From: Octopus vulgaris
Taxonomy: Eukaryota
Direction of reading: 5' to 3'
Length of the DNA: 64,000 nt
Assembly: GCA_951406725.2 (NCBI GenBank)
Contig: OX597819.1
Span: forward strand, 25,730,001 to 25,794,000
Notes under the pieces: generated by a model
Databases searched by the model: none
Told to the model about the DNA's origin: nothing
What the model saw: the letters and a program-made list of their open reading frames with translations, nothing else
Shown here: positions 38,779 to 51,724 of the stretch, in pieces
Layout of the letters: every line of letters starts with the position of its first letter
Position numbering within the stretch: position 1 is the first letter of the stretch
Position numbers and translations under genes: made by a program

Positions 38779-39999
38779 GTATTGGTAAAAACGGTAAGAT
38801 AACAAAACAAAGAAAGAGACCTCAATATTATGTAAATAGAGGAAATTTATCTGTAAATTAAAATGTTACCATTATACAATAGTCAAGATATAACTCTGAG
38901 TTTCAGATGTCGAAGTGGAAAGCCACAACATCATCTCTTCGGTTATCTGGCCATCTGAAAAATGAAATGTAAGCCCTACACCAACGGCAACGGAAAGTGC
39001 GGTCTATGCGACATGGGGAGATGGCTTATCTGGAAAAGCAGCTTAGACCCTACTACATGTCTAAATTCAAGGACAGAACTTTTCGGATCATGCCCATATG
39101 TGACAAAATTTTTGTTACGTTTTTGGTCCCCTCAAGAAAACAGATAGAACTTGCTTTCTATATTATGTCCAAAAAGTTTTTTATCTCATTATACCTTTTA
39201 TTATTTCATATATTTTTATATTTTCACACAAAATATTTTTTTCTGTACTCTTCCATACTGCATTTTTTTCTGTGCCTATATAGATGTGTATATAGATTTA
39301 TTTGTACACGTGTGTAAATATGTATGAGTGGGCAGTTTTAGATGTGTGCGTGTGTGCGAGCATAAGAATGCATATATTATAGACGTTTTTACTTAGTTTT
39401 TAAAATTTTGGGTTTTGGGGCATGTGTATATTCCTTTTTTGTGTATGCGTCTGTGTGTATGCGTATATAAAAATGTGCGGGTATGTACATATATGGGCGT
39501 GTGTGTGTATGAGTGCATAAGGGTATGTCCGTATATGAACGTGGTTTTTACGCTTTGTATACTTCCTTGTGTTTTTTTCTGTATTGTTACCTTTAACTAT
39601 GTTTTTTCTTGTGCTTGTGCGTATATAGACGTATGTATGAACTGTTACGGTATGCGCGTGTGTGTGTATGAGTTTGTATATATGCGTATACATTTGGCGA
39701 AACATGCGAGTGAAGATGTGTACGTTTTCATAGTGACGTATTAGTACGCACGTGGGTCCGCGAGCGCACATGTGAGCGTATGAGTAGCCATGTTTACGTG
39801 TTTACTATGAACATTTAATCTTAATTTATATAATTAGCGGAATTATAACACAGTAATTTCCCTTTATATAACGGTATTTTTTCATAGCGTTTTTCAGATG
39901 GCCAGATAACCGAAGAGATGTTATTGTGGTTTACCACTTCGGCATCTGAAACTCAGAGTTTTATCTTGACTATTGTATAATAGTAACATTTTAATTTAC

Positions 40000-40003
<4 letters not shown>
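38779..40003 (+). mobile_element. 5'-truncated Penelope-like element with inverted 5' pseudo-LTR
   Basis: ORF 38962-39147 KPYTNGNGKCGLC...LNSRTELFGSCPY..KFLL matches a PLE GIY-YIG C-terminus; 38849-38962 and 39890-40003 form a ~114-bp inverted repeat. Confidence 0.85.
39904..39966 (+). ncRNA. Hammerhead-like motif (CCGA core)
   Basis: agataa-CCGAAGA-GATG..GTGG-ttta-CCAC..CATC-T-GAA-ACTCAGAGT-T-ttatct; 6-bp stem I; mirror copy on the minus strand at ~38886-38948. Confidence 0.55.
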
Positions 40004-40080
<77 letters not shown>

Positions 40081-40124
40081 CAAATATACACACAATAGGT
40101 AGGAGCTAGTATTGCTCAATATAC

Positions 40125-40335
40125 TTTTCTAATCTAGGCACAAGGCCCGAAACTTTGGGGGAGAGGGCCAGTCGATTAGATCGACCCCAGTACGCAGCTG
40201 GTATTTAATTTATCGACTCCGAAAGGATGAAAGGCAAAGTCGACCACGGTGGAATTTGAAATCAGAACGTAAACATGGCCGAAATATCGCTAGGCATTTC
40301 GCCCGGCGCTAACATTTCTGCCAGGTTACCGCCTT
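40125..40335 (-). mobile_element. MetaSINE-like SINE
   Basis: GAAAGGATGAAAGGCAAAGTCGACCACGGTGGAATTTGAA core. Confidence 0.85.
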
Positions 40336-40554
40336 TACAATTGCTCAATAGAGAAAACACGATGTATCCTGTATTTTTATACACTAAGTAAATATGTATG
40401 TGTGCGTGTGTGTATGTGTGTGTGTGAGCTTAGGGAGAGAAAGAGGGAGAGAGAGAGAGATAGAGAGAAAGAGAGAGATAACGGAGTGGTCCTTGCATAG
40501 CAAGTGACCTCATCTGAGATGGTGTACTGAAACGAAAGCAATCGCAGCGAGCAT

Positions 40555-40775
40555 GATGTTTATAAGTAATTTAAAAACACACAAAAACCATTAGATTCAC
40601 TTCAGCATTTAAATTTGATTTGCCAAAATATATTCGTTGCTTTGAAACCGCGACCTGTTCAATGACAAAATTTTGTGCAACACGAAATTTTGTCAGTGAA
40701 CATACTTTGGCAAATTAAATTTAAATGTCGAAGTGAACCTAACGGGTTCTGATTTTTTAAATGGTTCATAAACAC
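40555..40775. repeat. Nested inverted repeat (probable PLE-derived fold-back)
   Basis: Central hairpin TTCAATGACAAAATTTTGTG-CAA-CACGAAATTTTGTCAGTGAA; outer arms TTCACTTCAGCATTTAAATTTGATTTGCCAAA / TTTGGCAAATTAAATTTAAATGTCGAAGTGAA. Confidence 0.75.
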
Positions 40776-40815
40776 TTCCCACAATGCAATTGTTTATGTA
40801 TATACACATAGATAC

Positions 40816-40861
<46 letters not shown>

Positions 40862-40885
40862 GCATACATATACACACACACATAT

Positions 40886-40923
<38 letters not shown>

Positions 40924-41520
40924 CGCGTGTGTGTGTGGCCATGAATCCATGAGTATGCCCTTGTGTGTGCCAGTCTACAAATATATTCACATACATACAC
41001 ACACACGCACGCTGGTATATGCGTACACCATTACATACACATACACATACACATACATAAGTATGAATTGTAGCATTGTATTGAGCACGGGTGTGGCCAG
41101 TTTGTATTGTTAAATGCACATTAGACACTTTGTAAATATTTGAACATATGACAGCTTCGTACACTTTTGTGAGATTATTTTCCACACTACCATTACGTAT
41201 AAATCAAACTACGTATAAATCCTTTTCATTGTCTACTTACAACTGCTTGCAAGGAACTCCATAAACGCGTACTCACAAATACACACACACACGCCTATCA
41301 CACACACAGGAACACATACAGACTATAAATTCTTGACTATGTGTTAAGACGATGTATGCGTGTGTGTGTGTGTGTATGCATATACATACATCATTTTCAC
41401 ACGTGTTTCAGTATTTATGATGTTTGTGTGTGTTTTTGCGTGTGTGTGTGTAATTTTTCGTATTCGAATTCTGTTTATACGAAACCACTAGTATCAAACG
41501 GTAACAGTCTTCATATCTCA

Positions 41521-41582
<62 letters not shown>

Positions 41583-42306
41583 GTGTATATATATGTATAT
41601 ATATATATGTATGTATATATTATATATATGTATATATATGGCAAGAAGAAAATGGTGGGAATTCAGAGGTAGTATTCATCAGCTGTTTGACATTCTATTA
41701 TGTCTATTTATTGTAAACAGCTCAGATAATATGAAAATACATGTGTAAAGTTTTAGTAATTTTCTAGAATAGAGAAAGAAGAACAGTTTTTTACAGTTGT
41801 TTCAGCCAAGCGGTCACAGTAACCAATATATTATGCCCATCTTTTCAGTGTATTGTAGTAATCTATAGATAAAATTAGGGTACTTGGGTATGCCTCTAGG
41901 CTTCGTCAGAGGGTTTTATAAGATAATCCAAGAAATTCATAGGGTTAATTTATGCATATATAATATAAGTTTCGTCAGAGAGTCTTTAAAGATAGTCCAA
42001 GAAGCTCATAGAGCAATTTATGCATATATATATACACACACACATACATACATGCCTGTATATATGTATATACATACTTATAACAGAATTAGTTGTTAGT
42101 AGATGTCGTACGATATTCTTATTATAGAATGCATAAAAAGAGAGAGAGAAATAATATTATAATCGAAGAAAATAATGGAGTTTGAGAGGGATATAGTTTT
42201 TTAGAATTGAAAATGCACATAACAGGAGAAAAACACATAAATATATATATACATACAAATACAGATACATACGTACATACATACATACATAAATATATAT
42301 ACAAAA

Positions 42307-42383
<77 letters not shown>

Positions 42384-42529
42384 CATATACGCATATATAT
42401 ACACACATATTTGATGCGTTAGGTAAGGTGTATCCCAGAAGTGGTTCGTAATGTCCTTGCATATAAATGAATGAATGAATGAATGAATGTACACACATAG
42501 ATATACATATACATATACATACATAAATA

Positions 42530-43350
42530 CATGAGGTGTTTATATTTGAGGGCCTGAAATCCTGGTTTCTGTTATGGGGTGAAGGTTAATATGAATAGTT
42601 ATGATAGCAGTCGATATTAAATTTTTAAACGTATCAAATCTCGGGCAGTTAACAAGATACTGTATTATCTTCCGTTATTTTTTCCGTTATTTTATAGTTA
42701 AGTGGCTTAATTCCTATTGGTAACGGGGAGGGGTTGTCGTCATTCACGTAATCTAATTGGTCAGTTAATTTATTTGAAAGGCCATGTCGCTGCTATGGTT
42801 AGTTAGTGATTAACAGATAACATATATATAACTATATAAAAATTTTATATGCATGAAAACATAGAAACAATTCATAGTTAACTATAGGTAGGTACGATAG
42901 TAAAAAATTGATATTGAGGCTTGATTCAATTAGATTAAATTAAATTAAATTATATTAAATTAAGAATTATGTAAGTAAAATGTTGATGAGCCCATAGGTT
43001 AGTGAGTATAATATAATAGGTTATAGTCATATGAATAGGGAATGTAGTTTTTAGATTGTTTACGAGAAATAAAGTATTACAAATGTATGAAACCGTATGT
43101 TATAAATGCGAAAACGTGTATCCATCTAATTAGGGGGATGAAATGTGCATTTACTAAAATATATGAGCAATACAGGGTGAGATTCTATGATGGAAATAAT
43201 AAGCACGAATTTCTATCAATAAATAAGGTATTAGAAGGAACTGGATAAGTTATTTTTCTAAGTTGTTATTCATCGTTAAAATATGTTTATAGCATAATAT
43301 ATTTCACCAGACACAATATATTAAGTGCAAGGCGCTATGCAATAGAGTTG
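42530..43350 (-). mobile_element. Probable decayed AT-rich Penelope-like fragment
   Basis: Bounded by microsatellites; composition like 9481-10510; only weak protein hints. Confidence 0.3.
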
Positions 43351-43394
43351 AATTATATATATATATATATATATGTCACATATATATATCATAT

Positions 43395-43435
<41 letters not shown>

Positions 43436-44216
43436 TATATACGTATATATATATATATATATACGTGTGTATATATATGGATACATTGATATACATATAC
43501 ATTATATCAATATCAATATCTATATCTATACACACACGAACACACAGACACACGTGTACATATAGATACTGAGATATGAGTACTGTTGCCGTACAATACG
43601 ATACTAATGGTTTCATGTGAACAGTATTCGCATATATTCAATCGTAGTTTGAACAATATTGGCAATTAAGCTACTTTGTTAGCCTGAGTGCATACCAGAT
43701 ATCATATGAAATTTCATAATGTAAGGTGTAGTTTAAAGGTAAAATAGGTAACTTATTAGGTTAAATTCAAGTCACGAGTGACTATACCATTAGTTATCTC
43801 TCCTAGGTAACCAACATCCAATGTTATTCCCTGCATATCCAATTTTCTATGAAAGTTGACCTCTTTCTAGAAACAGGTTTTAAGAAAAGGTGAAGCTTGC
43901 CTCATTTCCAGTTCTGTTCCAGAAAGCTGGAAATCAATCATGGATTTCTTAGTGCCAGTGGTGTTGCTAGATAGGCGTTGAACCTACACCAGATTTATTT
44001 GGCCCTTGTCTTTAGTCTTGTAGCAACCGTCCTTACTCGGATAGTTCTGGTTGGGGATATCTGCTTAGTCACCGACGACCTGAACATGCAACAGATTGAA
44101 CTGGATTCCATGTTACCGAACACTAATGAGGGGGTCTCACAAGTGAACTGACATACATACATATACATAGACACACACATACATATATATCTATCTCTTT
44201 CTTTCTCCCTCTCTCC

Positions 44217-44253
<37 letters not shown>

Positions 44254-44269
44254 TTTATTTATTTATTTA

Positions 44270-44720
44270 TATGAATAAGGCCACCTCATAAGATCGGTAT
44301 TTAAATATCGATCTTATCCTTATTTTTATATATTGATATGTTTATTGCGTCATTATATTCACTGCGGTAGTATTCTGACCATATCGCACGAGGAGTTTTA
44401 GGCGGGCAAATTAAACTGGTCGTGTGCATACGTGCCTATATATGTATGTATACGTTCGTATATGTACATGCAAGTATATCGCATCTCGTATATATATATT
44501 TGTATTTATGTGCTATCTAAATATATTTCTCTGATGAAGGCAGAGCATTTCTTAAGCAGAGCCAGAAATGCGGTATCTGGAATTATCCAGTAATTTCTTT
44601 GTTAGTTTATTTTGTCTTTTTGTCTTTTCCCCTGGTGCTGTATGAACATGTAATGTGGTTTTAGAGTCAAGTTTTGAACAACTATTTCCAGCGTGGTGGT
44701 ATCTCTTAGATACCCTAAAT
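44270..44720 (+). mobile_element. Probable PLE pseudo-LTR fragment
   Basis: Between (TA)n tracts; CTGATGAAGGC...GCCAGAAA at 44531-44568 followed by a T-rich segment. Confidence 0.35.
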
Positions 44721-44724
44721 AATA

Positions 44725-44797
<73 letters not shown>

Positions 44798-44800
<3 letters not shown>

Positions 44801-45070
44801 GAAGCCCAGTGGTTAGGGCACCGGACTCGCGGTCGTAGGATCGCTGTTTCGATTCCCAGACCGGGCGTTGTGAGTGTTTATTGAGCGAAAAGACCTAAAA
44901 GCTCCACGAGGCTCAAGCAGGGTGTGGTGACCAACTCTTACTCCCACTCTTTCTTCTGTTGGCCTGTTCACTTAGCCAGCGGGGTGGCGTCATTCGAAGG
45001 CTAAAACAATGCGAACGCATTGTGACCAGCGATGTGTAACAACATCTCATGATCTGGTCGGTCACGTGAT
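44798..45070 (+). mobile_element. tRNA(Arg)-like SINE with alternative 3' module
   Basis: Head as in 21993 and 57323; tail GTTCACTTAGCCAGCGGGGTGGCG...CTGGTCGGTCACGTGAT. Confidence 0.8.
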
Positions 45071-45592
45071 ATATATATATATATAGGCATATAATATACA
45101 GATGTAAAACATGAGAACAGAAACAGTTCAATTTCAAGAACACTTGAATGCTTTTCGCCGAAATCATCGGCGAACCTAAAAATATCATGGACTATTAATA
45201 TCATAGAAGTTCATGTATGTATATCTATGTTTATACGTGAGTGTGTTTATGAATACGAAGCCGTTACTTCAGTATATAAAACAGGAAAGCACGCACGCGC
45301 AACCAACATTCAAGTTTCATTTCCTGACTTCACCTCATTTCATTTCACTTACAACAGATATATTAATCTCAAAATCGTAGACGATTCACGTTATTCCAGT
45401 CTTTTAAAGACATCTATCTGATGCGGTAAGAATAACGCATCTAATGTGACATGGTGACCTCAAACTCCTTGTTCGTCATTCGATATACCTATCATGTTAC
45501 GTATATTTGTGCTGCACATCTACCTAATAACTGCACTCAAATGAACCTTAAATGCACTTTTGCTACTGCATCAGACGTATTTTTATAATCTA

Positions 45593-46353
45593 CTAGCAGT
45601 ATCGCCCGGCGTTGCTCAGGTTTGTAAGGGAAATAACTATAAAGCATTTTTAGAGAGTTATAGCCAAAAAATAGAAAAAAAAATGATGGTAAATTTTTTT
45701 GAGAGTTAAAACAGGTGGAGTTGCGTCCCCTAGACGGTCTGTGGTTTGGGTTTCTCATTCTCGACCCCATGTCGAATTTATCGATTTTTTTCAGAACTGG
45801 GGGAACTTTTCAAAATTTTCGCTGCGTTAGTTTTGAATTATGACATTGGGCTATGTGTGTGTCAAGTTTCATCAGAATCGGTTGAAAGCCGTGGTCAGAG
45901 TGAGGGTACGAGAAAACAGACACACAGAAACACGCACAGACAAACTGCCGTTTATATAGAGAGAGATAGCAGTATCGCCCGGCGTTGCTCAGGTTTGTAA
46001 GGGAAATAACTATAAAGCATTTTTAGAGAGTTATAGCCAAAAAATAGCAAAAAAATGGAAAAAAAATGATGGTAAATTTTTTTGAGAGTTAAAACAGGTG
46101 GAGTTGTTGCGTCCCCTAGACGGTCTGTGGTTTGGGTTTCTCATTCTCGACCCCATGTCGAATTTATCGATTTTTTTTCAGAACTGGGGGAACTTTTCAA
46201 AATTTTCGCTGCGTTAGTTTTGAATTATGACATTGGGCTATGTGTGTGTCAAGTTTCATCAGAATCGGTTGAAAGCCGTGGTCAGAGTGAGGGTACGAGA
46301 AAACAGACACACAGAAACACGCACAGACAAACTGCCGTTTATATAGAGAGAGA
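45593..46353 (-). mobile_element. Non-autonomous Helitron, head-to-tail dimer (45593-45966, 45967-46353)
   Basis: Minus strand starts TC(TCTCTATATAAACGGCAG) and ends with hairpin CCTGAGCAACGCCGGG then CTAG; inserted between A and T; two near-identical units. Confidence 0.85.
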
Positions 46354-46660
46354 TTTTTTATTTTATTTTATTTTATTTTATTTATAACTTGATTAGATTG
46401 AATTTGTTGATACTACGTTCGTACAGTCCTTTCTTTAGCTGAAAGTATTGACGAAGTAATGAACGTGTTATCTTACCGACTAATTATTCGTCGAAATTTA
46501 TTCACAAGCACGCAAACAATACGTACACACACGCACTCAGGCACTCACACAGAAACACACACACACGCACGCACACACACATACACACAGATATGTGTGT
46601 TGTATGTATATGTATTCATGTGTATGAAGTACCTATACATACCTGTATATATATATATAC

Positions 46661-46727
<67 letters not shown>

Positions 46728-46894
46728 ATAAAATATATTTATATATATATTTATCTCTCTCTATATATTTATCTCTCTCTATATATATGTATATATATAT
46801 ATATATATATACATATATATATAGGTATATATTTATATTTATATATTTATATGTATATATTTATATATGTTTATATATGTATATATAATAATAA

Positions 46895-47065
46895 TATTAA
46901 TGAGTACAATTCCAAACTTACCGGGAAAAATTCAATTTAGTATTTAATCAAATTTCACAATATAAATATATAAAATATAAATTAGAGACAAAATCACTAT
47001 TATGCAACTCAAACAGTGATAGACATAAACCAAAACATAAATAACAAATATAAAATTTTATAAAG
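46895..47065 (-). mobile_element. PLE terminal fragment related to 9481-9560
   Basis: AATTAGAGACAAAATCACTATTATGCAACTCAAACAGTGA. Confidence 0.5.
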
Positions 47066-47713
47066 TATATAACTCGATCTCGTGTGCTTATGTGTGTCTA
47101 TGTACATGAATGAATGTGTGTGTATTCTCTTATTTCAATTGCAATCAGGCATAATAGTGGAGCTCGTACTAGTAACATAGATACTTATTGGTCGAGGCTG
47201 GTCACCTTGTTGAAGCTAGTACTGAACCTACATCACATCACTATATTGTAAGAAATACTACTCAGCTTCGACAGCGTAAGCATCTACATCGGGGGCATCT
47301 CAATTGTCATAATTTAGTTGATATTTCGTCGCTTGATTCGGTATGTACATAATCTGTACATATATTACTTCAAAAGCGAGCTTAATATTTATATTGATAT
47401 AGGTAACTCCTTTTCTATAGTTAATTTTTTTCGTTTTTGATCTTCTTCCCTGTATGGTTGTTTCAAATAAAGTGTTCGAAGCAGCAGCAATGTGCTGTCA
47501 TTGTGTTATTGACGAAGAAGCCGCGCAATGAGTAAAGAGGTATGAGAATATGTATATATGAAGGGGACAGCTGCATTCAAACAAACTGCGCAGTGAGAGA
47601 CCACCAGCTGTCACCACAGACACTAATTGCTTGCTAAACTTTTATTCGTGAAAAGAGGAACCACAATTATGAATTTGTTGCACAACTGGACTGTCGTAGC
47701 AATGTATTAGACT

Positions 47714-47776
47714 AGAAGGCGGTAGACAAGTAGACAAGAAGGCGGTAGACAAGTAGACAAGAAGGCGATAGACAAA
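47714..47776. repeat. 23-bp tandem repeat (~2.7 copies)
   Basis: AGAAGGCGGTAGACAAGTAGACA. Confidence 0.9.
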
Positions 47777-48119
47777 GTGATATCAAAAGAGTGCATAGAG
47801 TGCCTGCTTTAGTTTTTAGTTCACTGCTGATTGTGAAATGTTATTCGAAGATCGGAACAAATAGCTGGATGGATTTTAATGCCGAGGGATAGGCATATCT
47901 ATAAATTGCAACTTGGTTAATTCATAAGTTGGTTAGTTTAACTGCCTTGAAGTAGCTTCATGAGGCATGGCATTGCGGCTCCATTGATTTAATTACATTT
48001 GCTGTTGTAACTATGAAGGAATCGTGTGGAAAATCCGTTTACTGACATAACTGAATTTCGAGAAATCTTGAAAGGCCATTTCACACTCCATGACTTGGCC
48101 GTTGCAAATAATGTGTGTG

Positions 48120-48152
<33 letters not shown>

Positions 48153-48424
48153 CTGTCTGTCTGTAACTCTGGACACACGCATACACAAACATGCACACAC
48201 GCCCTTTGTCACACTATTTTCGAATGTTGTTATACACAGCTGATCACAATGAGCTTCTTATTCTTTCTTAAGCCCTTCTTTCTCTTACTAAATCGCCTCT
48301 CAATCGCCGTCGAGATCGTCCGAGTGGCCTATTTCAATCTAATATATACCACTCGGCAAATGCACGGTGGACTTGTTATAGATTCTAAGACCATATTCTT
48401 ACCGCGCGACCGTCTTAAACAAGC

Positions 48425-48490
<66 letters not shown>

Positions 48491-48849
48491 ACATTTCTAT
48501 AGAGTTTTCATAATCCTATTTCATATCTATTCTCGTATTAAAGTCAGCAAGACAAAAAAAATAAAAAATGTAATCTACATATATTATCGTACACTTTAAA
48601 TGCATGGAAAATAATTCATATTCCCAAACTTTCACTTGACAACGGAAAATATCTCAATTCTTTCAATGATTCATAAAAATAAATACGTATATGCATATAC
48701 CCCGTCTCCGTAGCCCTCCCTCGCTCTCTATGCATACACACACATATACGTATAAGGCGTAGTTGTTTCAAGAATGCCATTATAATAACAGTTAACGTAG
48801 TCATGGTTGGATTGTCAACAATAATTTTATTAATTATGCACTTCATATA

Positions 48850-49102
48850 TTCTTTCATTCTCTTACTTGTTTCAATCATTTGATTGCGGCCACGCCGGTG
48901 CACCAGCTTAAGTAGATTTTAGTCGAACAAATGGACCTCAGGACTTATTGTTTCTAAGTCTAGTACTTATTCTATCGATTTCTTATGCCGAACCGCTAAG
49001 TTACGGTGGCGTAAACACACCAACATCAGTTATCAAGCGATAGTGGGGGGACAAACACAGACACAAATCAACATACACACACACACAAACTCATACACAC
49101 AC

Positions 49103-49133
<31 letters not shown>

Positions 49134-49270
49134 CGACGGGATTATTTTAAGCTTCCGTCTACCACATCCACTCACAAATCTTTGGTCGGCTCGAGACTTT
49201 GTAGAAGACACTTGCCCAAAGTGCCAGGCAGTGGGGTGGACCCGGTACCATGTGGTTGGAAGCAAGCTTC
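48850..49270 (-). mobile_element. tRNA-derived SINE (family of 24756), head cut by the adjacent element
   Basis: Matches 20125-20500 but stops at AGCAAGCTTCTT. Confidence 0.85.
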
Positions 49271-50935
49271 TTTTATTCATTAAATTGGCCACAAGGACCT
49301 TACAAAGAAAGGAGGCTGCGGGATGGACAAGGATATAATGAGATGAAATGATAGGCGATGTGAAAATGATGAAGGCAATAGCAACGCCCACCGATTGCTG
49401 TTTACCCGAGCATATTGTTCTGTACAAATACCATATTGAGGCAACAAACCTCTTACATGGTAAACCATCAAGGAGGCAATATACCTCTTACATTTACGAC
49501 ATAAAAAGCCATTGTGAGGCAATAAATCTCTTACAAGAAGTCCATTATAAATCAATGAAACAATCTTCCTATCCGAGCAGGCTTCTCGCCTCAGCCAAAC
49601 ACCTGGACGGCGCGAAGTCGGGCCAATTTAGCATAAATCTGAAGGTATCTTCGGGAAAGGAGTCCATTATCCAGAACAGGTTGTTCTCCCTTATGACCTT
49701 CGCAGTTACCTGCGAAGGCCAGCCAGGGTCCTCCGTGCAGGAGAGAATCCCCTCCCATTGGGCCTTCGTTTTGAGCTTCTGGGACAAAGCCCACCACTGT
49801 CCCTCCCTTATGGAAGAGGGCCACAACTTCCTCATCCGCATCACGTGTGTGTGTGTGTACATTTTCCATCTTTGGTGGGAGTTGTGCCACCAAAGATGAT
49901 TCGGTACACGGCGGCAGTGTGTTACCAACCGCCCGCAATATCCCATTTTTCTTTTTTTTTCTTTGAGTCACGGGAGGGTGGGATTCATCCGCCTTGTCCA
50001 GCAGATCCTCACTCCCTCCCGCAACCCTCGAATCCTTCAGTGAGCAACCATTGTTGCCCATCTTTCGTTTTATTCCTTTTTTCTAGGTTGCCACCTCCTC
50101 GAATTCCTCATCTCCCTTCAATGAGGGTACTGGGAGCCGCATTTTTATCAACTGTTCCTGGACCTTATTTTGGTCCTTAGGAACAGGTGACACTTGGTGG
50201 GGTGCGTCCCACAAGCATCACCGGATACCTAGACCCGGCCATTCTTAAAAAATCTGGAACAACCAGATTTTCCGCTGATTGGGTCCGTAGGGTCAAAACA
50301 GCTTTTGACCCCTCCCAATCAGCCGCAGGCAAACTGTTCACATTATGTAGCTTGGTACTGCTGCCACCCAAACTCCGGCGGATAGTAACCTATATCCACT
50401 CGGTCTCAATTCCGTGTGGCAAACCGCAGACCCAAGCCCTCGTCAACTTCTTCCCACAATAAGTGGGAAGGAACAAAATTTCCTTGCCCTCTAGGGGCTG
50501 GCTTGCGAATTCGCAAGCTTCTTCGGGGGAATCAAACAGCAACCATACCGTTGCATATTTGACCCCCCGAGAGATATATTTAGTAGCTGGCATATAATAT
50601 ACCAGCTCCTTTTCTTTCATTTTTTTTCTGGAAGACAGCTATGGTGCCGAGGGACTTGGAGTAAGTCCTCAACACCACCGTCTTCTTTTCAAATCCTTCT
50701 AGCCATTTTTTTGGAGGTGTTATTTCCCATTGTGTGAATTTGTTTTTTGCTATGTGCAAAATTAAAAATATTATTACAGTCCACAAAAAGTTTAAAATAA
50801 CAAAGAGAGAAAAACAAAGAGAAAGACTTAACAAAAAGAAGAAAAAATAAAAATATGCAGTTTAATACAGTTTTTCAAAAAATGACTGGCTTGAAATAAT
50901 GCCACAAAATGGGACGGTCGGACAAGTTGTTTTGA
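49271..50935 (-). mobile_element. L1/Tx1-type element with frameshifted ORF1 only and a Tx1-like 3' tail (HAL1-like)
   Basis: Consecutive minus ORFs 50834-49569 (KTVVLRTY..YISRGVKY..LLFDS..LPTYCGKK..VCGLP..YPVMLVGR..KCHL) resemble Tx1 ORF1; no EN or RT; ends CCTTGTGGCCAATTTAATGAATAAAA. Confidence 0.6.
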
Positions 50936-51315
50936 GAAAATTTGGTTTAAATGTTTGACAACTCAGCACCGTCCATTTGAAGGGAGGCTCCGTTGTGAAA
51001 TTGCATCTCATTGAAGAAACTCAGGGTTGTGGACCACGGGGAATTAGTATCGTTCAGGTTAGTGCCATCATTCATTAAATCTTCATCAAGGATTTCCTTG
51101 TAGTGTGAAGTAAATTTTGCGATGTTAATGAGTATGCCTTTATGAAATATCGTTAATGACAACTCATTACATATTCATTTATATACTGTGGTTATCTAGT
51201 CCGTGTAATGTTGGCAATTTGTAGGCATGGCACTTAGAACAGATGGTGAAATCTTCATTCAAAATCTTCCACACCCTGAAAATAAAAAAAAAATTATATT
51301 CATTGACATATATTA

Positions 51316-51724
51316 GGCGCAGGAAGGGCTGTGTGGTAAGTAGCTTGCTAACCAACCACATGGTTCCGGGTTCAGTCCCACTGCGTGGCATATTGGGCAA
51401 GTGTCTTCTGCTATAGCCCCGGGCCGACCAATGCCTTGTGAGTGGATTTGGTAGACGGAAACTGAAAGAAGCCTGTCGTATATATGTATATATATATATG
51501 TGTGTGTTTGTGTGTCTGTGTTTGTCCCCCTAGCATCGCTTGACAACCGATGCTGGTGTGTTTACATCCCCGTCACTTAGCGGTTCGGCAAAAAAGAGAC
51601 CAATAGAATAAGTACTGGGCTTACAAAGAATAAGTCCCGGGGTCGAGTTGCTCGATTAAAGGCGGTGCTCCAGCATGGCTGCAGTCAAATGACTGAAACA
51701 AGTAAAAGAGAAAGAGAAAGAGAA
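51316..51724 (+). mobile_element. tRNA-derived SINE (family of 24756)
   Basis: Full-length, highly similar to 24756-25206. Confidence 0.92.

Noticed and set aside
41860-42030. Two ~65-bp diverged direct repeats containing CTGACGA on the minus strand
   Set aside because: GAAA is missing, so no ribozyme can be called; probably a decayed PLE end.
49348-49899. 183-aa plus-strand ORF
   Set aside because: It is antisense to the ORF1-like frame and has no recognisable motifs.
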